Source: an uncultured bacterium
Lineage (GTDB): Bacteria; Patescibacteriota; JAHJAL01
DNA: 64,000 nt
Direction: 5' to 3'
Assembly (NCBI GenBank): GCA_938004065.1
Contig: CALKWM010000020.1
Coordinates: 1,813-65,812, forward strand
The translations under genes and the position numbers were made by a program. Below are positions 19,057-27,905 of this stretch, one piece after another. Below the pieces are notes generated by a model. That model worked only from the letters and a program-made list of their open reading frames with translations. It searched no databases and was not told the origin of the DNA. Within the stretch, counting starts at the first letter, position 1. Each line of letters starts with the position of its first letter.

Positions 19057-19060
19057 TTTT

Positions 19061-19351
19061 TTACCATTTCGTACTAAAAGGAAAGATATTTTGGGGTAGC
19101 AGTTGAATTCCTTTAAAATACGTCCCACTTGATAAACAACCACTGCCACAGCTGTTATATTCAATTTGAACAGAGTAAAGTAAAAAGAGTACTAGAAATA
19201 CAAAAAATAATATAGAACGCCATTTAGATAAAACTTTTTTTCGTAGTAAAAACAAAATAATAGCTAGTGCTCCGAATAGAAGTCCTAATACAGTAATGTA
19301 AATATAAGTTTGTTGTGTGCAAACTGTTGGGCACAACATCATTAAATCCAT
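19061..19351 (-). CDS. Small hypothetical membrane protein
   Basis: The 96-aa ORF has two hydrophobic segments. It is flanked on both sides by identical ~165-bp GC-rich module-A repeats. Coding status is uncertain. Confidence 0.3.
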   Translation of the reverse strand: MDLMMLCPTVCTQQTYIYITVLGLLFGALAIILFLLRKKVLSKWRSILFFVFLVLFLLYSVQIEYNSCGSGCLSSGTYFKGIQLLPQNIFPFSTKW

Positions 19352-19379
19352 AATTTTTTAAGTTAAATGGTAAAAAATA

Positions 19380-19544
19380 TTGCGTATAACGTGCCGCGGC
19401 TGATCCGATCGTGGCCAAAGGCCGCCGCAGGCGAGCCGATGGACATGTCGGATAGCCGCTGTTAGACGACGTCGCGGAGCGACGGAGGATAACGGGGGCG
19501 AAGCCGCGGCACGTTAGACAACGAGCGAAGCGATGTTGGCTAAC
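19380..19544 (+). repeat. GC-rich palindromic repeat module A, copy 3
   Basis: Same sequence as copy 2. It lies 110 bp upstream of the tyrosine recombinase gene. Confidence 0.85.
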
Positions 19545-19653
19545 TAGTATATATACGAAAAGTTTATCTTATAATATACTGAAAATAGTAGTGTATAAGT
19601 TTATCAAGTAAATATTTATTATTTATCTTAATTTTACATTTTTGTAATACTGT

Positions 19654-20466
19654 ATGCAAAAATATTTGGATTTAGCCAAAAGGGAATTGGAGATTAGAAA
19701 TTATAGTTCAAAGACTGTTGCAAGTTATTTAATTTCTTTGAAGAAATATTTTGAATTCAAGAAATTTGATTTCGGTGAATTTGATGAAAACAATTTGAAA
19801 GATTATTTATCGGTGCAAATAAAGCAAAAATTATCTCCTCAAACTATCAATCTCTCATTGAACGCTATTAAATTTTTTTACTATGAGATGATGGGGATAA
19901 AAACCAAGATCAATATTCGGAGTGTGAAAAAAGAACACAAATTACCGGTGGTTTTGTCCAAGGATGAAGTCAAACAAATTATCGATGTGATAAAAAATCC
20001 TAAACACAAATTGATGATTGCGCTCTCTTATAGTGCAGGTTTACGGGTGAGTGAAGTGATAGTGTTAAAAGTTGGAGATTTGGCGCTGGAAGAATTGATT
20101 GTGCATATTAGACAAGCAAAAGGCAAAAAAGACAGAATAAGTTTATTGCCGGAAAAGTTGGTGAATGATATTCGAAATATGATTGTTGGAAAATCTTCCC
20201 ATGATTTACTTTTTGTCAGTGAAAGAGGGGGTAAATTGACAACTAGATCGGCGCAAAAGATTTTTCAAAATGCTTTGCATAAATCCGGCATTAAAAAAGA
20301 AGCGACTTTTCATAGTCTTCGCCATAGTTTCGCGACGCATTTGTTGGAAAATGGTGTTGATGTGCGTTATGTTCAGGAGCTATTGGGCCACGCCAATATT
20401 AGAACAACTCAGATATATACTCATGTTACCAATCCGGCGATTAGAAATATTAAAAGTCCCTTATGA
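19654..20466 (+). CDS. Tyrosine site-specific recombinase (Xer/integrase family)
   Basis: The C-terminal catalytic region reads HSLRHSFATHLLENGVDVRYVQELLGHANIRTTQIYTHV, i.e. R..H-x-x-R...Y. The N-terminus has a SAM-like core-binding region. The stop codon lies inside a 46-bp repeat core. Confidence 0.85.
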   Translation: MQKYLDLAKRELEIRNYSSKTVASYLISLKKYFEFKKFDFGEFDENNLKDYLSVQIKQKLSPQTINLSLNAIKFFYYEMMGIKTKINIRSVKKEHKLPVVLSKDEVKQIIDVIKNPKHKLMIALSYSAGLRVSEVIVLKVGDLALEELIVHIRQAKGKKDRISLLPEKLVNDIRNMIVGKSSHDLLFVSERGGKLTTRSAQKIFQNALHKSGIKKEATFHSLRHSFATHLLENGVDVRYVQELLGHANIRTTQIYTHVTNPAIRNIKSPL

Positions 20467-20590
20467 GCCAAAATACCAAGCGAAAAAAGCATAAGAAAGA
20501 ACAAGAAATTTCGATTCCAATTGCTATGTGACTGGGTTGTTAAAAAATACCCCAAATGTCGGGTGGCGGATGTGGGTGGCGGAGTTTTTT
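20462..20590 (+). repeat. Direct repeat copy 1: truncated duplicate of the 5' end of the SAM-MTase gene, with a K-rich mini-ORF
   Basis: A 46-bp perfect core, ttatgagccaaaataccaagcgaaaaaagcataagaaagaacaagaa, followed by about 80% identity through gatgtgggtgg. It overlaps the recombinase stop codon. Confidence 0.8.
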
Positions 20591-20600
20591 TTAGTGTTAT

Positions 20601-21779
20601 TTATCTTATATCACCGCCCCAGATGTAGTCATCAAATTTGGGAACGTTTTTTCTGCCAATCAGATGGTATTTCTTGATGCCGGCTAAATTTGACAATTTG
20701 GATAATTTGGTTAGATCGTTTTTTGTTGGTGATTCTTTTAATTCTAGAGATACTTTTTTATCCAAGATAAAATCTATCTCATTTCCATTTTTCAATGCAT
20801 AGTAGCGGATATCACCAAAGTGCCGGATCTGATTAAAAAAGGCATTTTCAAATTTTGAACCGCTGTTATTTTCCGATAGAATATTTAATAGTCCATTGTC
20901 GCAAAAATATACTTTTTTTGCTTTTACTATTTCGCGATCAAAGTTATGTGTATGAACGGGCACACGATAAATTAAATAGGTTTTTTCGAAAAATTCCAGA
21001 TATTCTTCAACTGTGTGACGTGATAGATTGGTCAATCTAGCTAGTTTGTTATAATCAAGGCGAGTACCTACTCTTGAAGCAAGCATTTTGATTAAGCTGA
21101 AAATTTCTTTATCTTTACGAAAATCAGAAAGTGATTTGATATCGATATTTACATAAGAACTAATAATATCGTTTAATAATTCTTTTTTTAAATCTTTTTT
21201 CTTGGTTAATACAACTTCGGGAAATCCGCCGAAATTGATGAATTCTTCATAGTAGAATTTTAGTCTTTCATATTCAAATTCAGAGAAATTTTTAGCAAAA
21301 GATTTTTTCTCTTGGTGATAGATTTCTTTGAAGGTTAAAAATTCGCCAAAATCCAAGGGGAACATATCAAAAACAATCTTTCTACCGGCAAGAGATTGGG
21401 TAAAAAGATTTTTAAGATAATATGAACTGGAGCCGGTAACCAAAAATTTAATGTTATGGTGGTCGTAAAGATATTTTATAATACTAGTGATGTTTGGTAA
21501 AAACTGGATTTCGTCGATGGCCAGATAAATTTTCTTTTTTGGATCTATTCCCATCCGGGCAAGATCTAGTAAGATATTGTCATAATTTTTTTGGTCAAAA
21601 ATACCTCGGTCAGACAATTTTTCCAAATCGAAATATGCCTTATTTTCGGATTTAATTTCTGATAAAAGTTGTTTTAATATAGTAGTTTTACCGACTCGTC
21701 TAATACCAGTTATTACAATTACCTGTTTTGCACTAATGTATTTCTGAATTTTTTGGTAGATTTTTCGTGGAAATATCAT
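20601..21779 (-). CDS. AAA+ ATPase of the AAA_14/DUF4143 family
   Basis: Walker A motif VITGIRRVGKTT is present. The length and organisation are typical of AAA_14 + DUF4143 proteins. Confidence 0.7.
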   Translation of the reverse strand: MIFPRKIYQKIQKYISAKQVIVITGIRRVGKTTILKQLLSEIKSENKAYFDLEKLSDRGIFDQKNYDNILLDLARMGIDPKKKIYLAIDEIQFLPNITSIIKYLYDHHNIKFLVTGSSSYYLKNLFTQSLAGRKIVFDMFPLDFGEFLTFKEIYHQEKKSFAKNFSEFEYERLKFYYEEFINFGGFPEVVLTKKKDLKKELLNDIISSYVNIDIKSLSDFRKDKEIFSLIKMLASRVGTRLDYNKLARLTNLSRHTVEEYLEFFEKTYLIYRVPVHTHNFDREIVKAKKVYFCDNGLLNILSENNSGSKFENAFFNQIRHFGDIRYYALKNGNEIDFILDKKVSLELKESPTKNDLTKLSKLSNLAGIKKYHLIGRKNVPKFDDYIWGGDIR

Positions 21780-21919
21780 ATTTTTTGTTATTATTAAAAT
21801 ATAAGTATATTGTAACTTTAGTAATACTATTTAGTCAATGGGATTGCAGGTGTTTTTTTATGATATCTTGTAGTTATTAATCGGAGTGAATATTTACAAA
21901 ATTACTAGAGGTTGATGAG

Positions 21920-22047
21920 TTATGAGCCAAAATACCAAGCGAAAAAAGCATAAGAAAGAACAAGAAGTTTCGGTTCCAGTTACTGAGTGACTGGATTGTT
22001 TCTAAATATCCAGAATGCAAGGTAGCCGATGTGGGTGGAGGTAAAGG
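21920..22047 (+). repeat. Direct repeat copy 2 (intact 5' end of the SAM-MTase gene)
   Basis: Same 46-bp core. It encodes the mini-ORF MSQNTKRKKHKKEQEVSVPVTE, followed out of frame by the MTase N-terminus. Confidence 0.8.
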
Positions 22048-22468
22048 TTTGCTGGCGTATTTGTTGCATGAAAAAGGATGGGAGGTAACGGTAATTGATC
22101 CGGTTAAAACATTGCCATTATTGAAGTTCAAGGATTTTGCTTGTGGAAATAGGGTTAAACTGGATGAAAAAGATTGGGATAAAATTGATTGGATAGAAAA
22201 GGAGTTTGATATAGGTATGATTTCGGATTTTGATTTAATCGTGGGTTTGCATGCGCATGGGGTAAATATGAAAATAATTGAGGGATGTGCAAAGCATCAA
22301 AAGAAATTTGTACTGTTGCCTTGTTGTGTGATAGAGGAGCCGATAGAAAAGAAACCAGGGATTAACTGGTTTGATTCACTGGTAGGATATGCGAGTGGTT
22401 TGGGATTGGATGCGAAAACTGATGTGCTAAATTTCAAGGGGAAAAATATGATTTTGTATCTGGAGTAA
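22031..22468 (+). CDS. Small class I SAM-dependent methyltransferase; start uncertain
   Basis: VADVGGGKGLLAYLL is a glycine-rich SAM-binding motif I. The frame is open upstream to 21926 without an ATG. The track starts at a GTG. Confidence 0.5.
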   Translation: MGGGKGLLAYLLHEKGWEVTVIDPVKTLPLLKFKDFACGNRVKLDEKDWDKIDWIEKEFDIGMISDFDLIVGLHAHGVNMKIIEGCAKHQKKFVLLPCCVIEEPIEKKPGINWFDSLVGYASGLGLDAKTDVLNFKGKNMILYLE

Positions 22469-22474
22469 ATAAAC

Positions 22475-23710
22475 TTATTTCATTTCCCCAGCCAGATACC
22501 CGGTACTCCAGGCGATTTGGAGATTGTAGCCACCGGTGGGACCGTCGATGTCGAGGATTTCTCCGGCCAGATATAGATTGTCGATAATTTTTGATTTCAT
22601 GGTTTTGGGATCAATTTCTTTTAAGTCCACTCCACCACAAGTTATCATCGCTTTGTCAAATCCCGCCAGACTGGCAAAGTTTAGTGCAAATGATTGGATG
22701 TGTTTGGTGATATTTTTTCTTTCCGGTTTGGTAATCTCTCCGGCTTTTTTGGTTTCTGCGACGGATGAAAGTTTGATGATAATCGGGATGAGTCGTTTTG
22801 GTAAAATTTTATCCAAAGTATTTTTTATTTGTGTATGGGGTGATGCGGATAGTAGTTGGATGATTTTTTTATCGAGTGATTGGTAATTTAAATTCGGAAA
22901 AAAATTGATTCTGATGGTGATTGGCTTGGAATTTATCTCATGGATTTTTTTGTTCATATTGAAAACAGCCGGTCCAGATAATCCATTGTTGGTAAAAATT
23001 GCATCGCCGAGGCAGGTAGCAATTTTTTTGGTTTGCCAGAGAGAAATTTCGACGTTTGACAGACTTAGACCCTCCAGATCTTTGACGAAATTTTCCCGGA
23101 CTATGATAGGGGAGAGCCCCGGTTTTGGTTCGATAATTTTGTGTCCCATTTCTTGAAGCCATAGATAGGCATCGCCGGTTGATCCGGTTGCAGGGTAAGC
23201 TTTGCCCCCGGTAGCAATCAGATATTTATCGGCGGTAACTATTTGATTGTCAGCAAGTATTATTTTTTCGATGTGGTTAGATTTGAAAACAATTTTTTTG
23301 ACAGTGCTTTCGAATTGTATTTTGACTCTATTTTCCGTTAGATAATTTTTCAATATTTGGATAACTTCTTGTGATTTGTTGGAAATTGGGAAAACTCGCT
23401 GATTGTTTTCGATTTTCGTTTTTAAACCATGTTTTTCAAAAAAGTTGATTAGATCCAGATTGGAGAAATTGTGGAAAGAGGGGTAGAGAAATTTGCCGTT
23501 TTTGCCATAGCTATCGATGAGTTTTCGTAGGTTGGGTTCGGCGTTGGTTAGATTGCAACGGCCGTTGCCGGTCATGGATAGTTTGATGCCGACGAGTTTG
23601 TTTTTTTCCAGCAGGATAACTTTGTGGCCAAGTTGCCCGGCATGACCGGCGGCCATCAGGCCGGCCGGGCCGGCGCCGATGATGACTATGTTGTATTGAG
23701 GTTTTTTCAT
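22475..23710 (-). CDS. HI0933/BaiN-family NAD(P)/FAD-dependent oxidoreductase
   Basis: The dinucleotide-binding N-terminus IVIIGAGPAGLMAA and the family-typical TGNGRCNLTN motif are present. Confidence 0.8.
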   Translation of the reverse strand: MKKPQYNIVIIGAGPAGLMAAGHAGQLGHKVILLEKNKLVGIKLSMTGNGRCNLTNAEPNLRKLIDSYGKNGKFLYPSFHNFSNLDLINFFEKHGLKTKIENNQRVFPISNKSQEVIQILKNYLTENRVKIQFESTVKKIVFKSNHIEKIILADNQIVTADKYLIATGGKAYPATGSTGDAYLWLQEMGHKIIEPKPGLSPIIVRENFVKDLEGLSLSNVEISLWQTKKIATCLGDAIFTNNGLSGPAVFNMNKKIHEINSKPITIRINFFPNLNYQSLDKKIIQLLSASPHTQIKNTLDKILPKRLIPIIIKLSSVAETKKAGEITKPERKNITKHIQSFALNFASLAGFDKAMITCGGVDLKEIDPKTMKSKIIDNLYLAGEILDIDGPTGGYNLQIAWSTGYLAGEMK

Positions 23711-23925
23711 CCAAGGATAATGTAATTGTTTCTTATGCGAGTATACAGAAAAACTTAGTGAAAATCATTGTGTTCCAAAAAAAATTAGATCAGCAGGAGT
23801 GGATGCTATTGGAGTATTTTTGTTAGAATTATTGCAACTAAAATGGATATACTAAAAACACGTTTAAAAATGTTTTTTAGCGTGTTTCTTATTTCTTGCT
23901 TCTTTCTTCTTGCTACTTACCAAAA

Positions 23926-24013
23926 CGGAGGGGGAGGGATTCGAACCCCCGAGGAACACAAGGCCCCTAACAGTTTTCAAGACTGCCGCATTCAACCGCT
24001 CTGCCACCCCTCC
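23926..24013 (-). tRNA. tRNA-Ser (anticodon UGA)
   Basis: The reverse complement reads GGAGGGGTGGCAGAGCGGTTGAATGCGGCAGTCTTGAAAACTGT...GGGGGTTCGAATCCCTCCCCCTCCG. It has a 7-bp acceptor stem and a GGTTCGAAT T-loop. The anticodon loop CTTGAAA gives UGA, and the long variable arm marks a class II tRNA. Confidence 0.85.
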
Positions 24014-24305
24014 TCACGTTGGAATCGAATCTTACCGTTCCATGTGAGCCAGACAAGCTGTCTCCCATTTCACTCAACGATTCGTTCCTCCTCTTTTCCA
24101 AAAAATATGATTGCTTCGCATCTAATTTTTTGGAAATTATGAAAAAATAAAACTTAAAAGTAAACTTTAAATTACATATTATAATTTACCTTTATCTAAG
24201 GTAAAAGTAAAGAATTAATCTAAGCTATATACCAAATTAATGTCGTTTTTGTTATGATAGGAGACAGCACAAAAAATAGTTGTGAGATATTGTTAATATA
24301 AAAAA

Positions 24306-24740
24306 ATGAATATTATTAATGAAAGAATTCATCTGGAGACAAAAGAGGCGTTTGATATGATAGACATCACTCATCATTTGACCAAGTTTGTTACAGATAA
24401 CAATTTAAAAAATGGTTTAGTAAATGTTTTTTTGGAGCATACAAGTTGCGGGTTGGTGATAAATGAATTTACGGACCCAAAATTGTTGAATGACTTTAAA
24501 AAGAAGTTATCGGAATTTAGTCCGGAAGATGCAATTTATGAACACAATGAATCTCATGCTTGTAATGGTGATGGTTGTGTAAATGGACATTCTCATTGTA
24601 ATGCGTTGTTTTTGCCGACGTCGATTGGTTGTCAAGTGGTTGATGGGAAGTTAAATTTTGGTACTTGGCAGAGGATGTTTGTAATTGAATTGGATCGAGC
24701 CAGGCCAAGAAATGTGAGCATGATGTTTGTTGGGGAATGA
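24306..24740 (+). CDS. YjbQ/UPF0047-family protein
   Basis: Family-typical length and a C-terminus ending ...RNVSMMFVGE. It ends at a TGA stop, which argues for the standard genetic code. Confidence 0.7.
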   Translation: MNIINERIHLETKEAFDMIDITHHLTKFVTDNNLKNGLVNVFLEHTSCGLVINEFTDPKLLNDFKKKLSEFSPEDAIYEHNESHACNGDGCVNGHSHCNALFLPTSIGCQVVDGKLNFGTWQRMFVIELDRARPRNVSMMFVGE

Positions 24741-24784
24741 TTTATGTTATTTTAGATTAAAAAATTATTTTTAGCTATTTTTAC

Positions 24785-24895
24785 GAAGTACGAGTATCCC
24801 GCCCGCATCGCCAGCTTGCCCGCTTGTCGAGTTTCGCGAGGCAGCCAGGGCGAAGCGTGGCGGGCGAGGCAAGTAGCAAGTTACAAGTGTGGAAG
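24785..24895. ncRNA. GC-rich intergenic structured element, candidate small ncRNA
   Basis: About 110 nt, visibly GC-rich, between the YjbQ gene and the secreted-protein gene. The outer helix pairs cccgcccgc with gcgggcgagg. It contains ggcagcc and cagg blocks. Confidence 0.3.
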
Positions 24896-24967
24896 ATATT
24901 ATAATAGAATTGGAAAAGTGATAAATTGCTTAATTGTTTGGAAATTGTAATTTGGAAATTAATCAAT

Positions 24968-25807
24968 ATGAAAAAAATATTTTGGACAATAGTGATGATT
25001 TTGTTGGTGCCACAGATGGTGTTGGCATATAGTTTTGAAGTGGATGGGGCGAAGGTGGAGTTTGATGGTAGCCAGATCAAGATGACGGATGATGAGGGGG
25101 AGGTAGTGATTGATGAAAGTGGCATCGTAGCTACGAGTGAAGAAGGTCAAGTAAAAATTGATGAAAATAGTATTTATGCTGAAAGTGATGATGGTACTTT
25201 TCAGGCAAATGATGTGGTAGTCAATGAGGACGGTAGCGTGGTTATGAATGATGTAAATATTAAGTTAAATAATGATGAAATTGATTCGATCAATATTGGA
25301 GAATTGGGAGTAGTGGTTGAGGAAGAGGGAGTAATATCGGATTTGGTTTTTAAAGAGGCAAAGGATAATGAGTTGATTTTTGAACAAGAGGGCAATGAAG
25401 TTAGGGTAAATATTGGTCTTAAAGGTATAAAGGTGAGTGACAATCTCGGTAGTGTAATAGTTTATTATGGCGAAAGCGGGATTGAAACCAGTGGTATCAA
25501 AATTGGAGATAAAAGCGGAGCGATATATTTGGAGTCTGATTTTGGACAAGTGAAGATGGGAACATTGCCTCTACAGATGGTTAGAGAAACAGTAAACAGG
25601 GGAGTAAAAATTGAAAGAGTTGAATTTCGCTGGGAATTGGCAGGAGAAAGTTTAGATTATGCAATTAATGGATTAAAAAAACAACGGGTGCTGTGGATAA
25701 TTCCGGTGTTTATTGATGAAACATATTTGTACAATGTTGAAAATGGTCAGTTGGTGCGGGTTGATAAAAATATGTGGCATTCAATATTGGATATTATCGC
25801 TTTTTAG
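24968..25807 (+). CDS. Secreted acidic hypothetical protein
   Basis: The signal peptide MKKIFWTIVMILLVPQMVLA is followed by a D/E-rich repetitive body. The start is moved to MKKIF. Confidence 0.5.
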   Translation: MKKIFWTIVMILLVPQMVLAYSFEVDGAKVEFDGSQIKMTDDEGEVVIDESGIVATSEEGQVKIDENSIYAESDDGTFQANDVVVNEDGSVVMNDVNIKLNNDEIDSINIGELGVVVEEEGVISDLVFKEAKDNELIFEQEGNEVRVNIGLKGIKVSDNLGSVIVYYGESGIETSGIKIGDKSGAIYLESDFGQVKMGTLPLQMVRETVNRGVKIERVEFRWELAGESLDYAINGLKKQRVLWIIPVFIDETYLYNVENGQLVRVDKNMWHSILDIIAF

Positions 25808-25873
25808 TATTGATGATAAAAATTTTTTGGTAGAATAGAGATATAAGATTATTAATATTTGAGGGAAAAAACT

Positions 25874-26245
25874 ATGGAAGATGCTTTTCCAGCAGGTTTG
25901 ACTGCCGGTTTGGGTTTGGCCAGTATGACCATACCTTTGGTTGTTGGTTTGGTGATGTATATCTATATCGGTTATTCTTTGATGGTTATGGCGCAAAAGT
26001 TGAAAATTGACGGTGGTTGGTGGGGTTTTGTGCCTATTCTAAATATTTTGTTGTTGTGTAAATTGGCGGATAAACCTTTGTGGTGGTTTTTGTTGTTTTT
26101 AATACCGCTGGTAAATGTGGTGATTATGGTTATTATGTGGATGAAGATTGCAGAAAGAAGGGGTAAACCAAGTTGGGTAGGAATTTTGATGATTGTGCCG
26201 ATTGCACAGATTATCGTACCCGGGTATTTGGCATTTACCGAATAG
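25874..26245 (+). CDS. Small integral membrane protein
   Basis: Three to four TM helices. The RBS GAGGG precedes ATG 25874. Confidence 0.5.
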   Translation: MEDAFPAGLTAGLGLASMTIPLVVGLVMYIYIGYSLMVMAQKLKIDGGWWGFVPILNILLLCKLADKPLWWFLLFLIPLVNVVIMVIMWMKIAERRGKPSWVGILMIVPIAQIIVPGYLAFTE

Positions 26246-26315
26246 TTATTTTTTTTAAGAAAAAAATATAAAACCGTCAGATAGTAATCTGGCGGTTTTG
26301 TTAAAAAATAATTTA

Positions 26316-27332
26316 CTAGAATACGATCACTTTTTCAATATAGAAAGTTAGATTGACTTTGGTGTTTAGTGAATCGGTTAAATTGTAAATTATCGTTTGT
26401 TTTTGTTCTTTGGTCATTTCGATATTTTCCGGTAAGGCGATGCTTGCTTCGATATCGATCTGGTTGGAGTTAAATGAAGGTATTTCAGTTTTTATGTTTT
26501 TAATTTTGATGTCTTTCGATATGGTTGATAGATTTTCGGAAATAACATGTTCGACGGTGTTATATGATATGTTTTTAAATGAATAATTTTGTAACAGGTA
26601 GAATAATATTAATGCGATAAATACAACCAATCCGACAACTATCGATATACCTTTATTGCGTAGTTGATTTTCAATTTTTTCTTTTTTCGGACTGTCTTTG
26701 TGATTGAGTCCGATAAATAAGAAAACTATGATGGCGGCAAAGATAATGGCAATGATATTGGTTGAAAATAATATAAATGAATTGACAAATATGGAGATAT
26801 TGCCAAGTGCCAATCCGATGCCGATTACACAGAGTGGTGGCATTATCGCTACGGCGATAGCAACGCCGGCCAGGCTATCCGAAATTCGTTTTTGAGTAAT
26901 TGCAAGTGCGCCAATAATACCCGAAGTAAAGGCAATTATTAGATCAATCAATGTCGGAGAGGTGCGGGCAATAATTGCCGGGTTTATTTGTTTTATCGGA
27001 GAGACAAGAGAGATCAAATATGAACTTATAAAACCAATCAGAATGCTGATAATAAATATTTTCAGGGCGGTATATATATATTTGTTTTCACCAAAAGCGA
27101 TGCCAACCGATATCTTGAGGAGTGGCCACATCATTGGTGAGATAAGCATGCCACCTATGATAATAGGCGTAGAGTTAATCAATAGTCCCAGAGTACAAAT
27201 AATAATCGAACTTATTAGCAGTGACAGGTAGCTATAAGATAGATTGGTGTTGTTGTTGATAATTGTAAGCAGATCCGATTCTTTGATTTTTGCAAAATCG
27301 TGTTTTAGCTTAAAGTTGAATAATTTATTCAT
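26316..27332 (-). CDS. DUF389-family hydrophobic membrane protein
   Basis: Multi-TM protein with a pattern typical of DUF389/TIGR00341. Confidence 0.5.
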   Translation of the reverse strand: MNKLFNFKLKHDFAKIKESDLLTIINNNTNLSYSYLSLLISSIIICTLGLLINSTPIIIGGMLISPMMWPLLKISVGIAFGENKYIYTALKIFIISILIGFISSYLISLVSPIKQINPAIIARTSPTLIDLIIAFTSGIIGALAITQKRISDSLAGVAIAVAIMPPLCVIGIGLALGNISIFVNSFILFSTNIIAIIFAAIIVFLFIGLNHKDSPKKEKIENQLRNKGISIVVGLVVFIALILFYLLQNYSFKNISYNTVEHVISENLSTISKDIKIKNIKTEIPSFNSNQIDIEASIALPENIEMTKEQKQTIIYNLTDSLNTKVNLTFYIEKVIVF

Positions 27333-27443
27333 ATTTTAAATTTTTATTGTTAATGTAAGTATAATTTATTTTGTTTGTTTGATAAATTTTTGATTAATTT
27401 GAAAAAGTGTTTTAATTTGGATATAGACACAATAGTATAAAAT

Positions 27444-27632
27444 ATGAATGCTAGATTTTGGTTAATTGCATTACTTTCAATGATGGCGATTATTGCTTTT
27501 GGGGTGATATATTCGGCAGTCAATGATCCGGGAGTTGATCGTTTGAATTTTTTCAATATTGGCTCTTCGGATACGGTCAATGAAACATTGATTGATCAGG
27601 TGCAAAACACTGCCAATGAAGTGGTAAATTAA
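27444..27632 (+). CDS. Small hypothetical membrane/secreted protein
   Basis: A 62-aa ORF with an N-terminal hydrophobic segment in an otherwise unoccupied gap. Confidence 0.25.
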   Translation: MNARFWLIALLSMMAIIAFGVIYSAVNDPGVDRLNFFNIGSSDTVNETLIDQVQNTANEVVN

Positions 27633-27661
27633 TATTATTTTCAAAAAAAGGGGGGATACGG

Positions 27662-27838
27662 ATGTATTGTGTTTGTTGTGGTTATCTGGTTGATGATGGG
27701 ATTTGTACAAATTTAAAATGCAAGAAATCGGTTTACGAATCTTATCAGCTGGGAGTTAAACTATATTGTGTGGAATGTGGATATAAATTATTGGATGATG
27801 GCAAGTGCGAAAATTGTCATCTGGTCAGGGTGATATAA
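27662..27838 (+). CDS. Small double zinc-ribbon protein (58 aa; below the ORF-track size cutoff)
   Basis: MYCVCCGYLVDDGICTNLKCKK...YCVECGYKLLDDGKCENCHLVRVI, with two CxxC...CxxC ribbons. A strong RBS AAAAGGGGGG lies 6 nt upstream. Its N-terminus is paralogous to ORF 28595..29245. Confidence 0.45.
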   Translation: MYCVCCGYLVDDGICTNLKCKKSVYESYQLGVKLYCVECGYKLLDDGKCENCHLVRVI

Positions 27839-27905
27839 AAAAATTTTAGGCGACTTAGTTCGTCTATTTTATTGTATTTTTACTTGGCAGTGATAAATCA
27901 TTTTT

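Noticed and set aside
20463-22468. Alternative genetic code (UGA=Gly, code 25) or programmed +1 frameshift fusing the K-rich mini-ORF to the SAM-MTase
   Set aside because: Other genes, for example YjbQ ending ...RNVSMMFVGE, terminate at TGA exactly where homologs end. The large helicase and MTase ORFs are uninterrupted under the standard code. This supports code 11. A frameshift fusion is possible but unsupported.
24781-25150. ORFs 24781..25125 and 24959..25150 (minus strand)
   Set aside because: They are antisense to the well-supported secreted-protein gene and to the GC-rich intergenic element. They are probably not coding.
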